Assembly: GCA_023266935.1 (NCBI GenBank) | Contig: JAHFOF010000002.1 | Coordinates: forward strand, 68,623 to 132,622 | From: a bacterium | GTDB taxonomy: Bacteria > Patescibacteriota > Minisyncoccia > Phycocordibacterales > Zambryskibacteraceae | DNA length: 64,000 nucleotides | Reading direction: 5' to 3' | Part shown: positions 10,406-20,590 of the stretch, piece by piece | Numbering within the stretch: position 1 is the first letter of the stretch | Layout of the letters: every line of letters starts with the position of its first letter | Notes under the pieces: model-generated | Told to the model about the DNA's origin: nothing | The model's database searches: none | The model's input: the letters and a program-made list of their open reading frames with translations, nothing else | Made by a program: the position numbers and the translations under genes

Positions 10406-12742
10406 CTAGAACTCTTTGAAGGTTGGGTTGAAGTTTAGTTGGATGAGACCTCCTGTTCCTCCACCGTTTGGTGTACCACTACACGAACCAGAATTTGAAT
10501 GACCATCAGTCACATAAGCATCAATAACCTTTTGTCCGATGGTTGAATATTTCATAACGAGAGTACTACCCGTCGGTGCTGGGCCTGTTGGAACATTTGT
10601 CCCAGTCCAAGTGTAGTTGTATGGTCCGCCGTCTCCTCCAGAAGCACTCGCTGTCCAGGTGACATTTTGACCTACGAGAGCTGTGGTCGGAGATGCACTA
10701 CAAGAAACTATGATGCCTGTGTAATTTTGAACGTTCAAAGTAAAGCTGGTCGTTTTACCCAATGGATTTCCGGTAACAGTGATAGTGTATTGACCCGCCA
10801 CTGTAGAAGGATCAACAGTAAGGGTGACAGTCGAGGTACAAGTAGGATTCATCGGTGAACATGTAGAAGCAGAAGTGGAAACTCCCACAGGAGCACCAGA
10901 AACAGTCAGGTTAACAGGTTGAGATGCACCAGAAGTAAGAGTTTCAGTAATACGATTTGTTCCCGATGTTGAGGTTTGTCCTTTCTCTATAGTAGTCGCT
11001 CCAGAATTGGAGAGAGAATAGTTGAAAGACGGATAAACCAGAGTGAAACTTTTCGTCTCTGTTGGAGAAACCACCATGGATGTACTGCCTCCATCAGAAT
11101 TGGTAACTGAAGGATAAGAACCGTTCACTGCACCTGCAGAGATAATGTAAGTTTGTCCATTCTTGGATGGATTGACTGTATAAGATCCATCTGTACCAGA
11201 ACCAGAAATATTTTCTGGACTAATAGTCCAAGAACCTTGAGCGCTATTTGAAGACACGTTGATGATAGCGTGGGATTGAGCCGCCACCACAACCGTCGCA
11301 GCCGAAGCTTGCCCCTGACCATTCGCATTTAAACAAGTCAGAGTGTATGTGTAAGTCTTGGCTGTTGTTAGCACTCCCATTGATTGAGAACCTGAAGCGG
11401 CTTTGGTACCCGACCAATCTCCAGAAGCCGTACAAGATGTTGGATTGTTGGCTACACTCCAATTTATAGTTGGATTGATTGTATCTTTTATTCCACTCGA
11501 AGGATCTGCAGAGATTGTCACCACTGGTGTTGGACCAGAAACCGGCACATCCACAGTGGCAGAGCAATTATATGTTTGGCTATCATCACCGGTACAAGAA
11601 GCAGAATAGTTTGTGGTGCTGTATGGATTTTGAATTTGAGAACCGGATGTGCCCGTCGAACCTCCGAGCCACCAAACTGGACTACACGAAACGATACGAG
11701 AAGAAGAAAGGGCAACGGTAGTATTGCCTCCTGCAGAAACAGTTGTTGGGTTGGCTGTCACAGTACATGATGGACCAGAGGAACCAGCACAGGCAGGAAC
11801 AGGAGCATTTACTGTGACACTCTTTGTATCAGAACTACCTCCCGCCCCAGAACAAGTGATTGAATACAAGGTTGTTCCATTTGGAGTCACACTTTGACTT
11901 CCAGATACTGCTGTAGAATTAGTCCAGGGAGCCGAACATGATGTGGTGTTCTCAGAATTCCAAGTGAGGGTTGTGCCAGTGGAACAAGAATACGGATTGG
12001 CTGAAGCCGAAAGGGTAACAGCTATAGATTTTGGTGAATTAGGTGAACAGGTAATATTAAACGAAGCAGAATCTCCAGGATAAACTATCTGACTTGAAGG
12101 AGAAATAGACACGGTATAACCATTGGCAGTAAATGAAGGAGTATAAGTGGTCCCACTAGAAGATGGATATTCTGTCCATGTTTGAGTTTGTCCTGGGGCC
12201 AAAGGAACTCCATCAGGAGACATCAAACCAGAACCAATCGGGCAGGAATTGTTTACAGCCATAGAAGCCGTGGTTGGAGGAGTGATGACCGGCTGAAGAA
12301 TAGTGACTGGGATAACCCCATAGAGAAAAGCACGGTTTTGATCTGTCCCTTGGTAACTAGTAAACTCTGTTCGAGCATAAAACGTATAATTGCCCGGGGG
12401 CAAGGATATATTGTTTTTAAAGGTTAAACATGCACTGTGACAAAATGGAACTGTTCCACTCCAACCAGAAACTGTTGGCGATGACCCCTTTACCACTACC
12501 ACCCCCTCCCAATCATTGGGGACAGGATCTGTGCCTTCAACATAAAGACTGATTTTTGTCGCAGTAGTGGTCAGTGTGGGTGCTGTTGCAGATGAACCAT
12601 TCATATCTACAACGGTAAAACCTCCTTGCCCATCACTAGCACTAAAATTTGCTGACCAAGCTAAAGCTTTCGATGGAGAAAATGAAAATCCAACTCCAGA
12701 CAACACCAAGGTGACAATAAATAAAGATAAGTATTTTTTCAT
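10406..12742 (-). CDS. Secreted Ser/Thr-rich, Cys-containing Ig/PKD-like repeat surface protein
   Basis: Signal peptide; repeated W...C...W...Y.LTC beta-sandwich-like units. Confidence 0.7.
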   Translation of the reverse strand: MKKYLSLFIVTLVLSGVGFSFSPSKALAWSANFSASDGQGGFTVVDMNGSSATAPTLTTTATKISLYVEGTDPVPNDWEGVVVVKGSSPTVSGWSGTVPFCHSACLTFKNNISLPPGNYTFYARTEFTSYQGTDQNRAFLYGVIPVTILQPVITPPTTASMAVNNSCPIGSGLMSPDGVPLAPGQTQTWTEYPSSSGTTYTPSFTANGYTVSISPSSQIVYPGDSASFNITCSPNSPKSIAVTLSASANPYSCSTGTTLTWNSENTTSCSAPWTNSTAVSGSQSVTPNGTTLYSITCSGAGGSSDTKSVTVNAPVPACAGSSGPSCTVTANPTTVSAGGNTTVALSSSRIVSCSPVWWLGGSTGTSGSQIQNPYSTTNYSASCTGDDSQTYNCSATVDVPVSGPTPVVTISADPSSGIKDTINPTINWSVANNPTSCTASGDWSGTKAASGSQSMGVLTTAKTYTYTLTCLNANGQGQASAATVVVAAQSHAIINVSSNSAQGSWTISPENISGSGTDGSYTVNPSKNGQTYIISAGAVNGSYPSVTNSDGGSTSMVVSPTETKSFTLVYPSFNYSLSNSGATTIEKGQTSTSGTNRITETLTSGASQPVNLTVSGAPVGVSTSASTCSPMNPTCTSTVTLTVDPSTVAGQYTITVTGNPLGKTTSFTLNVQNYTGIIVSCSASPTTALVGQNVTWTASASGGDGGPYNYTWTGTNVPTGPAPTGSTLVMKYSTIGQKVIDAYVTDGHSNSGSCSGTPNGGGTGGLIQLNFNPTFKEF

Positions 12743-12743
12743 T

Positions 12744-13331
12744 TTATTTGCGGGTTACATAAACTAATTGGATTTTGGTACCGCCCGATTCTGGATTGAT
12801 AATGATGTTCAGTTCTTCTCGATCCTTAATTGCTTGATATCTGATTAATGATGCAGATTTGGATTGACTCACAATCGTAAATCCGTTGGTTGATAAATAT
12901 TTACTGTATGCAGAATAAAGTTCTTCTGTTTGTTTTGAAGACATGTACTGCACAGAATACAAGGTTGCTCCTCTGTCTGGATAAGCGAGAACTTCTGATT
13001 TAGAAATATTTTTCGTTTCCACAGGAATGTCTGTTGGGAATCCAGCTGGAAGTTGTTTGACTCCATCGGTGATTTGGACCTTTTCAGTAGTGAAAGATTT
13101 GTTCGGACGATTTGTGTAGTAGAAATATCCAGCCAACAACCCCAAGATGATCGCCAAAACAATAATGGAAATTAAATACGAATGAGGAGTAGGAACATCA
13201 GATGCCTTCTGAGGAGGTGGTGTTGAAATTGGAGCTTGAGGAGGTGGAGTATAAACAGGGGTGGAAGCCACCGCATTTTGCGGGGTCCCGCCAGAGGCGG
13301 TGATTGGGTTTTGGTTTAAATTTGGAGGCAT
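12744..13331 (-). CDS. Hypothetical membrane protein with in-frame palindrome insertion near N-terminus
   Basis: Pro-rich N-terminus, one TM; contains ITASGGTPQNAVA. Confidence 0.7.
   Translation of the reverse strand: MPPNLNQNPITASGGTPQNAVASTPVYTPPPQAPISTPPPQKASDVPTPHSYLISIIVLAIILGLLAGYFYYTNRPNKSFTTEKVQITDGVKQLPAGFPTDIPVETKNISKSEVLAYPDRGATLYSVQYMSSKQTEELYSAYSKYLSTNGFTIVSQSKSASLIRYQAIKDREELNIIINPESGGTKIQLVYVTRK
13268..13303 (-). repeat. 36-bp double-hairpin element, in frame
   Basis: tcaccgcctctggcgggaccccgcaaaatgcggtgg; 35/36 identical to 18359-18394. Confidence 0.9.
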
Positions 13332-13434
13332 ATAAAATGTTTATGACAAATAATCTATGCGTATAAGTGTAGCATTAAAATACCTAGGTCATATATAGAG
13401 TTATTAACACATAAAGATGGGGATTGTTTAAAAC

Positions 13435-13464
13435 TTGACTTTTTACCCATAACTATGGTATAAT
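13435..13464 (+). promoter_or_regulatory. Sigma70 promoter
   Basis: TTGACT-18bp-TATAAT with TG extension. Confidence 0.7.
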
Positions 13465-13526
13465 ATTGACAGGTCGGCATAGATGTGCCGAATATGTTCC
13501 TCGTCAACTTCAATTCTGGAGGTCGC

Positions 13527-14924
13527 ATGCGTACCAATCTTTCCCGCCTTGGGCAGGTGGTCGCTCTTGTGACCTCCGTGCTCTTCACTTCGGGCTGTAA
13601 CAAAAAGCCCACCGAACCAATTGTAGTGCCACCTCCCCCGACACCCGAAACGGTGTCTGTGAGTGCGGTGGCTCCTGCGTCTGTAAACCAGACACCGAGC
13701 ACCTTCCCCTTCGCGCCTATCACCATCGTGGTGACGGCATCGAGCACCAAGAAGGATGCCACTGTGACAGTCACTTGCACGGTGGATGGACAGAATGCTC
13801 CGTGTTCGACGAATATCCCTGTTGGCACCCATTCGTGGTGTGGCATCGGGACTTCATCGACCGGCATGACCGCGAGTAATTGCGGATCGTCCGTCGTCAA
13901 CCTGATGCTCGACACGAAGAAAGTAGTCGGCTTCGATGCGAACGGGAACGAATATGTTCCTGCCGGATCGTGGGTCATCTACGGAGAAGGAAATGGCAAG
14001 GATTCGACACAAGTCGGGGTTGATGGCTCATACAGCATCAACACTCGATACGTCGGCATGGGCAATGTCCCCGTGGAATTCCGCGGAGACAATGTCATTC
14101 GACCGTCGTTCGGTCGAACGAGTGCAGAGTTCTTCGCTTCCCCAAGCATTATCATGGGTTCGAAGGTCTCGAACACTCCGGTGTGTGCCACGACTGGTCC
14201 GTCGAAAGCGATTTCGATAGATTTGGAAAAGGCATACACTCCGGCTCCAGGTTCGACTCCAGACAACATCCCCTTCTACTATCGCAAGGTAGTGAATGGA
14301 AGTTGGGCTTACGCTGTGGGTGGATACAAAAGCTGGCCAGTGAAAGAAGCTCTCGACCACACCACGAGTTCGAGCCCAATCACAGCGAGTGATTCGACGA
14401 AGAGTTTCACCAACTTGGATTCTCTGACCAAAGCTTTCTGCACGCAGGTTTTCATTCCTGCAAACGAGAGCGATGTACGAGCCAACGGTGGAGTGCTCCT
14501 CGGAGTACACGCAGATGCTGGATACAGTGGAAATACACCCCAACTTTATCAAGGAGATTATCTTTCTGGTCAAGTTGGTTTCGGGAGCAATAACGGCTTC
14601 AATTTCTTTGTTTTTGCTCCACACGAAAGCATTCACGCTCTTGGATTCGGACACACGTGTAGTTGGGTGAGCATCATGCGCTCCAGCTGTCCGTTTGCCA
14701 CCGAAGACAAGATCATGCCCGAGGACGTCGCATACATCCTCTACATGAAACGGGTACGCGAGCTTGAACGCAAGTACAACACTCGCCTCTCGCTGTCGTG
14801 GATGCATCAGGGCGAACGTCGAGCGAAGTTGCTCACCGAAGAGTCAGTCGTGTTTGTCGGCGCCGATGGTTCGTTCGAGACTGCATCAGTCCCCGGCGGA
14901 GCATACGTCGTCCTCAAACCGTAG
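13527..14924 (+). CDS. Lipoprotein with metzincin-type Zn protease domain
   Basis: GGAGG RBS before ATG 13527; lipobox-like FTSGC; HESIHALGFGH (HExxHxxGxxH) and SIM Met-turn. Confidence 0.75.
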   Translation: MRTNLSRLGQVVALVTSVLFTSGCNKKPTEPIVVPPPPTPETVSVSAVAPASVNQTPSTFPFAPITIVVTASSTKKDATVTVTCTVDGQNAPCSTNIPVGTHSWCGIGTSSTGMTASNCGSSVVNLMLDTKKVVGFDANGNEYVPAGSWVIYGEGNGKDSTQVGVDGSYSINTRYVGMGNVPVEFRGDNVIRPSFGRTSAEFFASPSIIMGSKVSNTPVCATTGPSKAISIDLEKAYTPAPGSTPDNIPFYYRKVVNGSWAYAVGGYKSWPVKEALDHTTSSSPITASDSTKSFTNLDSLTKAFCTQVFIPANESDVRANGGVLLGVHADAGYSGNTPQLYQGDYLSGQVGFGSNNGFNFFVFAPHESIHALGFGHTCSWVSIMRSSCPFATEDKIMPEDVAYILYMKRVRELERKYNTRLSLSWMHQGERRAKLLTEESVVFVGADGSFETASVPGGAYVVLKP

Positions 14925-14969
14925 GCCAAGGGTCCTGAGAGAAGTCGAAGGAATTGAAGTTATAAGTTT

Positions 14970-15000
14970 GCCCCGTTCCGCTAGCGGAACGGGGCTTTTT
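14970..15000 (+). terminator. Intrinsic terminator
   Basis: gccccgttccgc-ta-gcggaacggggc followed by TTTTT. Confidence 0.8.
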
Positions 15001-15006
15001 CTTTGT

Positions 15007-15765
15007 TTATAAATTATTATTGTTGATTAATTTCTTTAACTCCAGTTCCAAAGCAGAAAGATGTCCACTACCATAAACAATGAAAACACTTTTCTGTGAT
15101 TCCCAAGCTTTTTTTATTTCCAACAATATAAATTCGTTCCTGATTTTTGTTCGACTAGAGACTATGTTGTTTATTAGTGTGTCACCTCTTCGTGGATCTG
15201 ATATTAAATCGAGGAATTGTTTATCTTCTAGAGATTGTTCACCAAATATTTTTTTATGCTGATTCAAAAACCAAGATCCATCAACTACAAACTTATAAAT
15301 GTCCGAAAACTTTGATTCTCTTTCTGTCGATTTATTAATAGCTTCTTCGAACGTAGATTGTCTAATATGACGAAACCATCCGGCAAGGCTCTGAACAATC
15401 ATAGTATAAGCGACATCATTTGTATCGTATAAGCCACAGAGCAATTCACGTTGTTTCCTATCGTCTGGTTCTGGACGTAGCATCTCTATGTCTGACTGTC
15501 TTGCCAACCATTGTATTCCTCCTCCTTCGCCGTATTGATTAATTGATTCTTCATAAGTTGAGAGAGTTTTTTGTATTCGACCCTCAACAAAAACAATCCT
15601 CTCACCTTTAGAATCATTCAAAAACTCTGTCCAGAGTTTTTGAATTTGTTCAAACTGAGGGTGTTTTGGGTTGTTGGTGTGACTAACACCAAAAAAATAC
15701 AAAACTTGATTGTTTGATGTTGGCCCGAGTTTGAAAGTTAAAATTTCTTTGTGTTCACCTTCCAT
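15007..15765 (-). CDS. Hypothetical protein
   Basis: 252-aa AT-rich ORF; C-terminal VYGSGH resembles TraB/GumN-like folds (weak). Confidence 0.65.
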   Translation of the reverse strand: MEGEHKEILTFKLGPTSNNQVLYFFGVSHTNNPKHPQFEQIQKLWTEFLNDSKGERIVFVEGRIQKTLSTYEESINQYGEGGGIQWLARQSDIEMLRPEPDDRKQRELLCGLYDTNDVAYTMIVQSLAGWFRHIRQSTFEEAINKSTERESKFSDIYKFVVDGSWFLNQHKKIFGEQSLEDKQFLDLISDPRRGDTLINNIVSSRTKIRNEFILLEIKKAWESQKSVFIVYGSGHLSALELELKKLINNNNL

Positions 15766-15837
15766 TGATTAGTGGTAATTATATAAAAAAACCGGAACTA
15801 AGCTAATTTTTGATTGTGAGCTTTTTGTTAATTTAAC

Positions 15838-15866
15838 TTGACAAAAAGATTTAATGGGTGTATAAT
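15838..15866 (+). promoter_or_regulatory. Perfect consensus sigma70 promoter
   Basis: TTGACA-17bp-TATAAT. Confidence 0.85.
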
Positions 15867-15906
15867 GCGAACAGACTGAAACATGAACCTATGCCCGGGA
15901 GGGCGT

Positions 15907-16275
15907 ATGAAAACCTTGGTGCGGATGCTGTTCGCCTGCTTCATCGTGGTATTCGCCACAGCCTGTAAGAAGAGCGAGATGGTCTCCATCTACAACGGAT
16001 GCATCGGTTCGTGGATGCGCATCACCGATGGACAAAATCGAATCGTCACGGAGAAGCTCACATTCGGCGCTCGGATTTCGGTCGAGTATCCTCGACCGCC
16101 CGAAGGTAGTTACAACCAAAGAGTGCTGAACGCCGACGGATTTCGACTCGACAACAACGAGCCCCTCGGTGCGACAAGCTACACCTTCTCCCTCTACGGT
16201 GATGCGAACATCACCGGTCCAAGGGAAAACGCTTGGAACATCACCAGCCTTCCCCGTGGGTGTCCGACGAAGTAG
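15907..16275 (+). CDS. Hypothetical lipoprotein
   Basis: GGAGG RBS; lipobox-like FATAC-KK. Confidence 0.7.
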   Translation: MKTLVRMLFACFIVVFATACKKSEMVSIYNGCIGSWMRITDGQNRIVTEKLTFGARISVEYPRPPEGSYNQRVLNADGFRLDNNEPLGATSYTFSLYGDANITGPRENAWNITSLPRGCPTK

Positions 16276-16355
16276 TCGGCGCCAAAGAAAAACAAACGCG
16301 TTACCATCCAGTAGCGCGTTTTTCTTTTTTTAGTATAATGGAGAACTGTAAAGCA

Positions 16356-16583
16356 ATGGTTCAAATCCTTCCGTATATCCAAATCATCCTCTCCCTCCTC
16401 CTCATCGGAGGGGTACTTCTCCAACAATCTGAAGCCGGACTCGGTTCAGCTTTTGGAAGTGGTTCAGAGAGTTCGATGCACCATACTCGCCGAGGTTTCG
16501 AGAAGTTTCTTTTTTATTTCACCATCCTCGTCTCGATTCTCTTCGCCGTGACTGCTTTCATGAATCTACTTTTCTCTCGATAG
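16356..16583 (+). CDS. secG: Preprotein translocase subunit SecG
   Basis: VLLQQSEAGLGSAFG, TRRGFEKFL, two TMs. Confidence 0.9.
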   Translation: MVQILPYIQIILSLLLIGGVLLQQSEAGLGSAFGSGSESSMHHTRRGFEKFLFYFTILVSILFAVTAFMNLLFSR

Positions 16584-16596
16584 AATTCACTACTAA

Positions 16597-18336
16597 ATGA
16601 AATATTCAGAACTACGCTCCCTCTTGGTGAAGCGTTTCAACATTCCCAAAGAACGACCAGTCAGGAATGCGATTCGACATTTTACTATTGCCGAGAATGC
16701 CGTCTTTTGGTTTTTTGTTTTTATTTTTGTCTTATCTGGAGTAGCTCTTTTGTGGCAAGTGAACAATGCGTTTCTCGTTTCTGTTCCTCTTCGTGGAGGT
16801 AGTCTGACCGAAGGAGTGGTCGGTACCCCTCGTTTCATCAATCCCGTACTCGCCTTCTCTGATGCGGATAAAAACCTTACTGCCCTCGTTTATTCTGGTC
16901 TCGTTCATAACACTTCAGAAAACCAAACAGAAAACGACCTCGCAGATGATGTTTCTTTGTCTCCAAACGGTTTAACTTATACCGTTCATATTAGATCGAA
17001 CGCGAAGTTTCAAGACCAAACTCTGGTTACCGCAGACGATGTCTTGTTCACCATTCAAAAGATTCAAAACACTAATCTAAAAAGTCCCCTATTCGGAAAT
17101 TGGAGCGGTGTGGCGGTGAACAAAATAGATGATCATACTGTCTCTTTCACTCTAAAGAAACCTTATACTCCATTTATGAATAACCTGACGATCGGAATAC
17201 TACCAAAGCATATTTGGAAAAATGTTTCAGATGAAGAATTTTCTTTTAGTCAGTTCAATGTTCTGCCCGTCGGTTCTGGCCACTACAAAATAAATACTGT
17301 TCAAAGAAACTCTGGTGGTATTCCCGACTATTATGACCTTGTTTCTGCAGACAGTGCATATATAGAACATTTTATCTTTAGATTTTATTCGAATAAACAA
17401 GATTTGTTAGATGCTTATTCTAATGGTGAAGTCGGAAGCATGGGAGGCATCTCTCCAGAAGAAGCCATCGCTTTAAAGAAAAATGGATCGAACATTGTCT
17501 CTGTTCCTCTCACCAGAGTGTTTGGAGTTTTCTTTAACCCCAACCATTCTAAAACACTGCTCGACAAAACGACTCGACAAGCTCTCGACCTTGCCACTCC
17601 ACGAGAACAAATAGTAAAAGATGTTCTCCATGGATACGGGACTCCGATTACTGGGCCACTTCCTCCTGGATTATTTAGTTGGACGAATCCAACGAACATT
17701 TCTTCTTATGAAGACAGGGTGAATCAGGCCAAAACTATTTTGAAAAAAGCTGGATGGACTACAAATACTCAGAGCGGGATGCTTGAAAAAAAGACAAAGG
17801 GTGCTACACTAACTTTGTCGTTTACTATCTCTACCGGTGACACCCCAGAACTCAAAGCCGTGGGCAAAGTATTAGTGGATGCCTACAAGCAAATCGGGGT
17901 TAAAGTAGATTTGCTCGTATTTGAAACGGGTGATCTAAACCAAAATGTCATCAGGCCGAGATCCTTCGACGCACTACTTTTCGGAGAAGTAATAGGTCGA
18001 GATGCAGATGTTTATCCGTTCTGGCACTCTTCAGAAAGGAATGCTCCAGGATTAAACATCGCTCTATATGCGAACAGTAAAGTAGACAAACTGCTCGACA
18101 CAGCGAGAACCACCTCGAACGATTCAACTAGAGAACAAAGCTATAAATCATTTGTTTCAGAAATTAAAAATGATGTCCCAGCAGTGTTCCTATATTCTCC
18201 GAGCTTCTTGTATGTCGTTCCCAAATATGTCAACAATATTTCTCTCGGCGAACTGTCAGCTCCTCAAGACAGATTCCTCGGAGTGAAAGATTGGTATATA
18301 GAGACAAATAAAGTTTGGAAACTATTTGTAAAATAA
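16597..18336 (+). CDS. ABC transporter substrate-binding protein, family 5 (OppA/DppA-like)
   Basis: VTADDVLFT, PVGSG, RQALDLA, YPFWHSS. Confidence 0.88.
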   Translation: MKYSELRSLLVKRFNIPKERPVRNAIRHFTIAENAVFWFFVFIFVLSGVALLWQVNNAFLVSVPLRGGSLTEGVVGTPRFINPVLAFSDADKNLTALVYSGLVHNTSENQTENDLADDVSLSPNGLTYTVHIRSNAKFQDQTLVTADDVLFTIQKIQNTNLKSPLFGNWSGVAVNKIDDHTVSFTLKKPYTPFMNNLTIGILPKHIWKNVSDEEFSFSQFNVLPVGSGHYKINTVQRNSGGIPDYYDLVSADSAYIEHFIFRFYSNKQDLLDAYSNGEVGSMGGISPEEAIALKKNGSNIVSVPLTRVFGVFFNPNHSKTLLDKTTRQALDLATPREQIVKDVLHGYGTPITGPLPPGLFSWTNPTNISSYEDRVNQAKTILKKAGWTTNTQSGMLEKKTKGATLTLSFTISTGDTPELKAVGKVLVDAYKQIGVKVDLLVFETGDLNQNVIRPRSFDALLFGEVIGRDADVYPFWHSSERNAPGLNIALYANSKVDKLLDTARTTSNDSTREQSYKSFVSEIKNDVPAVFLYSPSFLYVVPKYVNNISLGELSAPQDRFLGVKDWYIETNKVWKLFVK

Positions 18337-18348
18337 AAAAATAATAAA

Positions 18349-20202
18349 ATGAATCCAATCACCGCCTCTGGCGGGACCCCACAAAATGCGGTGGCTCCTG
18401 CTCCTACACGCACACATGCTCCGCGTTCTCCACTCATGTCTCGTTCTCTAAAACAAAGAGGGATGAGAAGGGACAATGATCGCCCGATTCCGATGAAAAA
18501 ACCGCACGACATCATTCCCCCACTGGCTCCAGGTAATATTCGCATTGTGCCCTTAGGAGGAGTCGAGGAAGTTGGACGAAACATGACTGCGATTGAATAT
18601 GGAGGAGACATCATCGTTGTCGATTGTGGGATTCAATTCACCGATGCAGAAACTCCAGGAGTAGATTATATCCTCGCAAATACAAAATACCTTGAAGATC
18701 GAGTAAACATGATTCGAGCACTCGTTATCACTCACGGTCACCTCGACCACATAGGTGCGATTCCTTACCTCATCACTCGCCTCGGCAATCCTCCTATATA
18801 TACACGCGAGTTTGGAGCTTTGATGATTAAAAAAAGGCAAGAAGAATTCCCACATCTTCCTCCATTGAATTTTCGAATTGTAGAAACCGCAGACAAGGCG
18901 TCGATTCCCATTACTCCGAATCTGAAAGTGAGGTTCTTTGGTTTGACCCACTCGATCCCTGATTCAACTGGCATTATTATCGAGACTCCATTCGGAGATA
19001 TCGTGAACACCGGGGATGTGCGTGTAGAAAACGAAGATGGCGTGCCTGTAGAAAAAGAAGTTGAACAATACAAAATGTTTAAAGACAGAAATGTTTTACT
19101 CTTCACCATGGATTCGACTGGTATAGAGAAGCCGGGTTTCTCTCCGTCCGAAGCTCATATCCTTAAAAACATAGACAAAATTGTAGCCGAAGCTCCTGGA
19201 CGAGTAGTCATCGCCACCTTCGCCTCTCAAGTCGAACGCATTATCGAATTCATCAACACAGCCAGGAGATATGGCAAGAAAGTGGTGATAGAAGGTCGAA
19301 GTATGCGAAACAACGTAGACATCATCAAACATCTTAACCTCGTGGATACAAGTGGAGTGATCGGGATCGAAGACATCACCAAATTCCCCGAAAACAAAAT
19401 ATTGATGATAGCCACTGGTGCCCAAGGTGAAGAATTCGCTGCTTTGATGCGAATGTCAAACAACACTCACAAATTTATTAAACTCAACCGCACAGATACT
19501 ATCATCCTTTCCTCATCTGTCATCCCCGGCAATGAACGAGCGATAGCCAAACTAAAAGACAACCTCTTTAGACACGATTCACGTATTATCACTTATCTAG
19601 ATTCTGATGTGCATACAAGTGGACACGGCAAACGTGGAGAACTCGAATGGGTTCATAAACAAATTCCTTATAAATTTTTCATGCCTGTGCACGGACATCA
19701 CTACATGTTAAAGCAACACGCAGAACTCGCTCGCTCTCTCGGCACACCGGCAGAAAACATCATCGTGCCAGACAACGGTTCGATTATTGAAATTCGAGAT
19801 GGAGGTAAAACCTTTATTAAACTCTCAGAAAAAGCTCCAAGCGGAGATGTGGTTGTAGAAGGATTCAATGTTGGAGATGTATCCGAAGTATTGATTCGTG
19901 ATAGGAAAATGCTCGCTGAGGATGGGATGTTCGTCATCATCGCGATGGTCAACACTCAAACAGGCCGATTAAAGAAATCTCCAGACATCATTAGTCGAGG
20001 ATTTATTTATCTCCGAGAATCTCAAGAACTGTTGAACGAAGCTCGACACATCATCAAACGTTCGATTGAATCTACAACTGTAGGTATGAACCCAATCAAT
20101 TTTGATTATGCGAAGAATGCTGTAAACGAAGATATCTCTCGTTGGCTCTTCCAAAAGACTGCCAAGAAACCAATAGTTATCCCCGTCATCTTGAGTGTTT
20201 AA
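18349..20202 (+). CDS. rnj: Ribonuclease J
   Basis: PLGGVEEVGRN, THGHLDHIG, HTSGHG, PVHG. Confidence 0.95.
   Translation: MNPITASGGTPQNAVAPAPTRTHAPRSPLMSRSLKQRGMRRDNDRPIPMKKPHDIIPPLAPGNIRIVPLGGVEEVGRNMTAIEYGGDIIVVDCGIQFTDAETPGVDYILANTKYLEDRVNMIRALVITHGHLDHIGAIPYLITRLGNPPIYTREFGALMIKKRQEEFPHLPPLNFRIVETADKASIPITPNLKVRFFGLTHSIPDSTGIIIETPFGDIVNTGDVRVENEDGVPVEKEVEQYKMFKDRNVLLFTMDSTGIEKPGFSPSEAHILKNIDKIVAEAPGRVVIATFASQVERIIEFINTARRYGKKVVIEGRSMRNNVDIIKHLNLVDTSGVIGIEDITKFPENKILMIATGAQGEEFAALMRMSNNTHKFIKLNRTDTIILSSSVIPGNERAIAKLKDNLFRHDSRIITYLDSDVHTSGHGKRGELEWVHKQIPYKFFMPVHGHHYMLKQHAELARSLGTPAENIIVPDNGSIIEIRDGGKTFIKLSEKAPSGDVVVEGFNVGDVSEVLIRDRKMLAEDGMFVIIAMVNTQTGRLKKSPDIISRGFIYLRESQELLNEARHIIKRSIESTTVGMNPINFDYAKNAVNEDISRWLFQKTAKKPIVIPVILSV
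18359..18394 (+). repeat. 36-bp double-hairpin element in frame in rnj
   Basis: tcaccgcctctggcgggaccccacaaaatgcggtgg. Confidence 0.9.
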
Positions 20203-20209
20203 AATGCTA

Positions 20210-20239
20210 TTGACATTTGGTCATTAAGTGTGCTATACT
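20210..20239 (+). promoter_or_regulatory. Sigma70 promoter
   Basis: TTGACA-18bp-TATACT with TG extension. Confidence 0.7.
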
Positions 20240-20284
20240 AGAAGTAGTCTAAGTTGTACAAACCTTCACCAGTTGGAGCAACAC

Positions 20285-20518
20285 ATGAGCACATCGGAGA
20301 AACCCGAGAAAATGATCCACGGAATCGCTTCACCTGGGAAGTTCCAAGTGGTCACCGAATGGCCACTGGATGACAACGAAGAGTCCATCGAGGGCGAGAA
20401 AAATTCTCTCGAAGAAGCCATCGCTTTCGCTAACGGCTTCGTGGAACAGAACCCTTGCACGAACGTAACCATCTACAACGATCGTGGTATGTGTGTCCAC
20501 ATGGCCGGCACGTTCTAG
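20285..20518 (+). CDS. Small hypothetical protein
   Basis: GGAG RBS, own promoter, downstream hairpin at 20535-20561. Confidence 0.65.
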   Translation: MSTSEKPEKMIHGIASPGKFQVVTEWPLDDNEESIEGEKNSLEEAIAFANGFVEQNPCTNVTIYNDRGMCVHMAGTF

Positions 20519-20590
20519 TAACCCCGTCGCAAGCAAAAGCCCGCTTGTTCACGGGGCTTTTTGTTTATTTTGTTTGGTATAATTATTTAA

